Of a stretch of DNA of 35,133 bases, positions 33,499 through 35,133 are shown piece by piece. The stretch's first letter is position 1; every line of letters begins with the position of its first letter. The stretch comes from Nitrososphaerota archaeon (GTDB lineage: Archaea > Thermoproteota > Nitrososphaeria > Nitrososphaerales > Nitrosopumilaceae), in the NCBI GenBank assembly GCA_022573065.1, contig JACZUQ010000002.1, positions 1-35,133 of the forward strand. The letters are read 5' to 3'. Made by a program: the position numbers and the translations under genes. A model generated the notes under the pieces. It was given only the letters and a program-made list of their open reading frames with translations. It had not been told where the DNA came from and searched no databases.

Positions 33499-33945
33499 AT
33501 GGGTTTAATCACAAATGAAATAAAGAACTTTATCGAACAACAAAAACTAGGATATGTAGCTACCGTTTCTCCTGATAATACTCCAAACCTTTCACCTAAA
33601 GGAACAATTTCTGTATGGAATGACGAACATTTAGTTTTTGCAGATATTAAATCCCCAAAAACTATGGCGAATCTTGAAAAAAATCCAACATTGGAAATTA
33701 ATGTCGTTGATCCAATTACTAGAAAAGGTTATAGATTCAAAGGAACAGGAACAATTTTGGGATCTGGATTAGAGTATGACAAAATAATATCTCACTATAA
33801 AACTATGGGAATTAAAAGTAAAATTGGAAGAGTTGTTTTGATTAAAGTTGCAAGTGTTAAAGGTGTTACATCTCCATTGTACGATTTAGGCTACACTGAA
33901 GATGAAATTAAAAAGCGTTGGAAAGACTATTATCTTTCAAGCTAA
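33499..33945 (+). CDS. Pyridoxamine 5'-phosphate oxidase-family FMN-binding split-barrel protein
   Basis: IEQQKLGYVATVSPDNTPNLSPKGT...HLVFADI...TRKGYRFKGTG is the typical PNPOx-like pattern. 148 aa. Confidence 0.7.
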   Translation: MGLITNEIKNFIEQQKLGYVATVSPDNTPNLSPKGTISVWNDEHLVFADIKSPKTMANLEKNPTLEINVVDPITRKGYRFKGTGTILGSGLEYDKIISHYKTMGIKSKIGRVVLIKVASVKGVTSPLYDLGYTEDEIKKRWKDYYLSS

Positions 33946-33955
33946 AGTACGAAAA

Positions 33956-34681
33956 CTATTCTGATTTTTTATTTGCATTTCGTTCTAATTCTAAAGTTTT
34001 CTTAACAATTTCGAGTTCTTGTTGTGTTTTACGAAGTTGAGAGTTCAATGAGGCCATCATAGTGCTAGCAGCCTCAATAATGCTTTTTGGAGCATCGCGA
34101 TTATTAGAAGCATAAATTTGTGATTCAGTAAATTCAAGCTCTTTTTTTGCAGTTACAATTTTTGCTTTAATTTCCTCATAATCTATTTCAAGTTTTAACA
34201 TCTCTGAGAATTTTTCTTTATCTTTCTCAAGTTTTAATCGAATTTCTTTTTGTTCTGTTTTTGATTTTTCTATTTCAATTCTAATTGAATTTAATTCTAT
34301 TTTTGATTTTTCATATTTGTCTAAATCTGATTTTATTTCATCATGTTGTTTTTTGAGAGTTTCAAGTTGGGTTTTTGCAGTGTCTATCTTTGATGGGATT
34401 TCATCAAATTCACTTTTTAATGATGCATACTCTGTTTGCTTTTCTTTAACTTCTCGTTTTGCTGACATTACTTTTGTAATAACGGAATCATATTCTGCTT
34501 TCACTTTTTCTAGTTTATTGGAAATTGAATCAAAAGATTCTGTTTTTCCCCTTACTTCTTTTTTTAGATTATCAAGTTCATTTAGTAGTCGTTCTTTTTC
34601 GATCTCTTCAGGTTTTTTTACTGGAGGCGCTTCAGATATTGTTTTTTCCTCAGTTTTTTTAAAGCGATTAAAGAGACCCAT
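33956..34681 (-). CDS. Coiled-coil protein (241 aa) with an N-terminal amphipathic MGLFNRFKK motif
   Basis: Almost the whole length is Lys/Glu/Leu/Ile-rich with a heptad-like pattern. The N-terminal MGLFNRFKK resembles the amphipathic N-termini of PspA/Vipp1/ESCRT-III-like proteins. That similarity is not established. Confidence 0.6.
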   Translation of the reverse strand: MGLFNRFKKTEEKTISEAPPVKKPEEIEKERLLNELDNLKKEVRGKTESFDSISNKLEKVKAEYDSVITKVMSAKREVKEKQTEYASLKSEFDEIPSKIDTAKTQLETLKKQHDEIKSDLDKYEKSKIELNSIRIEIEKSKTEQKEIRLKLEKDKEKFSEMLKLEIDYEEIKAKIVTAKKELEFTESQIYASNNRDAPKSIIEAASTMMASLNSQLRKTQQELEIVKKTLELERNANKKSE

Positions 34682-34718
34682 ACTTTAGATCTTTAGTTCT
34701 GTAACATGAATATTTCGT

Positions 34719-34916
34719 TTAATTTCTACTAGTTTTTTTTATAAACCGAATATAGAATCCAAGCCCACCAATGATAAAACCTGATACAAACGAGAGTACT
34801 CCTAGAGTTTGGTCTCCTGGATAAATTGTTGGTGCAATTATTAGCAATAATGCTCCAAAAATAACTAAGAAAAAACTTCCACCTTTTTTGGATCTATTGT
34901 GTTCATCATGGACCAA
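34719..34916 (-). CDS. Small two-TM membrane protein (65 aa)
   Basis: Two hydrophobic helices (FFLVIFGALLLIIAPTI and VLSFVSGFIIGGLGFYI) flanked by basic residues. It lies between the lysRS 3' end and the coiled-coil gene on the same strand. Confidence 0.4.
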   Translation of the reverse strand: MVHDEHNRSKKGGSFFLVIFGALLLIIAPTIYPGDQTLGVLSFVSGFIIGGLGFYIRFIKKTSRN

Positions 34917-34931
34917 AATACAATCATTCCA

Positions 34932-35132
34932 TTATACGTAACTAGATAATATTTGGGCCACTTTTTTCCTACCAATATCTGCAATAAACGGTCCAATTTT
35001 TGGTCCTCTAGTAGTTGAAAGAATGATTTGGTATAGTATTTTGAAAAAATCCTTAGGCTGTACATTGTTTTTCTTTGCAATTTGATAGATTACATTTTGT
35101 AGGTCTTCTGGTTCATCTTTTGATCCTAAGAC
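34932..35132 (-). CDS. lysK: Class I lysyl-tRNA synthetase, C-terminal fragment (5' end outside the window)
   Basis: Hand translation of the minus frame open to the window edge: VLGSKDEPEDLQNVIYQIAKKNNVQPKDFFKILYQIILSTTRGPKIGPFIADIGRKKVAQILSSYV. It resembles the conserved class I LysRS C-terminus (..FFKxxYxxLLGxxRGPRxGxF..) as I recall it. Confidence 0.6.
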   Translation of the reverse strand, partial: VLGSKDEPEDLQNVIYQIAKKNNVQPKDFFKILYQIILSTTRGPKIGPFIADIGRKKVAQILSSYV

Positions 35133-35133
35133 T

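Noticed and set aside
30-35080. Many track ORFs of 60-140 aa lie antisense to, or out of frame within, well-supported genes. Their start coordinates are: 30, 1132, 3092, 3502, 4638, 6485, 7403, 9242, 10440, 11301, 11604, 12569, 13031, 14700, 15147, 15640, 16141, 16360, 17500, 17579, 18542, 20888, 22157, 22245, 22605, 23613, 24530, 25487, 26028, 26827, 26997, 30005, 34317 and 34865.
   Set aside because: Each overlaps a longer ORF with clear family motifs. Their translations are low-complexity or hydrophobic (Ile/Phe/Ser-rich), as expected from reading AT-rich coding DNA in the wrong frame. They have no independent start context.

Overview
This is an AT-rich archaeal chromosomal window (roughly one-third GC by eye, not computed). 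Its gene content points to an ammonia-oxidising thaumarchaeon, Nitrosopumilus-like. That call is an inference from archaea-specific genes: Pus10, eS24, eS31, ApgM, ThiDN, GHMP-type shikimate kinase, ADH synthase with DHQ synthase II, and class I LysRS.

Bases 1-23,000 are densely packed housekeeping genes:
- the SRP54 3' end, Pus10, and an eS24-eS31 pair (eS31 is below the ORF-track cutoff and was translated by hand);
- ApgM, a GalT-family protein, and a GNA1-like acetyltransferase next to a sugar-phosphate nucleotidyltransferase;
- divergent thiDN and thiC;
- a nearly complete archaeal-type aromatic amino-acid cluster on the minus strand: aroA'-aroB'-aroD, a gap, then aroE-aroK-aroA-aroC, a chorismate mutase/aminotransferase fusion, tyrA and a Nudix gene;
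- a convergent futalosine-type radical-SAM gene and a UbiD decarboxylase.

Bases 23,000-35,133 look more accessory. They hold many small Cys-rich or zinc-ribbon ORFs and a Met-free disordered protein built on perfect in-frame tandem DNA repeats. They also hold Bcp, a J-like protein with HSD in place of HPD, an aquaporin, and tRNA-Arg(GCG). A ~1.2-kb stretch with only micro-ORFs follows the tRNA, then a GC-rich gene for an extremely basic Arg/Ser-rich protein. Further on come two SAM methyltransferases, a PII protein translationally coupled to a double-CDGSH Fe-S protein, an AN1-SHOCT fusion, a coiled-coil protein with a small membrane partner, and the 3' end of class I LysRS.

Several genes appear to use TTG or GTG starts. 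I found no CRISPR array, transposase, integrase or recognisable defence genes. The candidates below are uncharacterised pairings and small proteins, not a demonstrably new system, and all functional calls rest on motif recognition without database searches.
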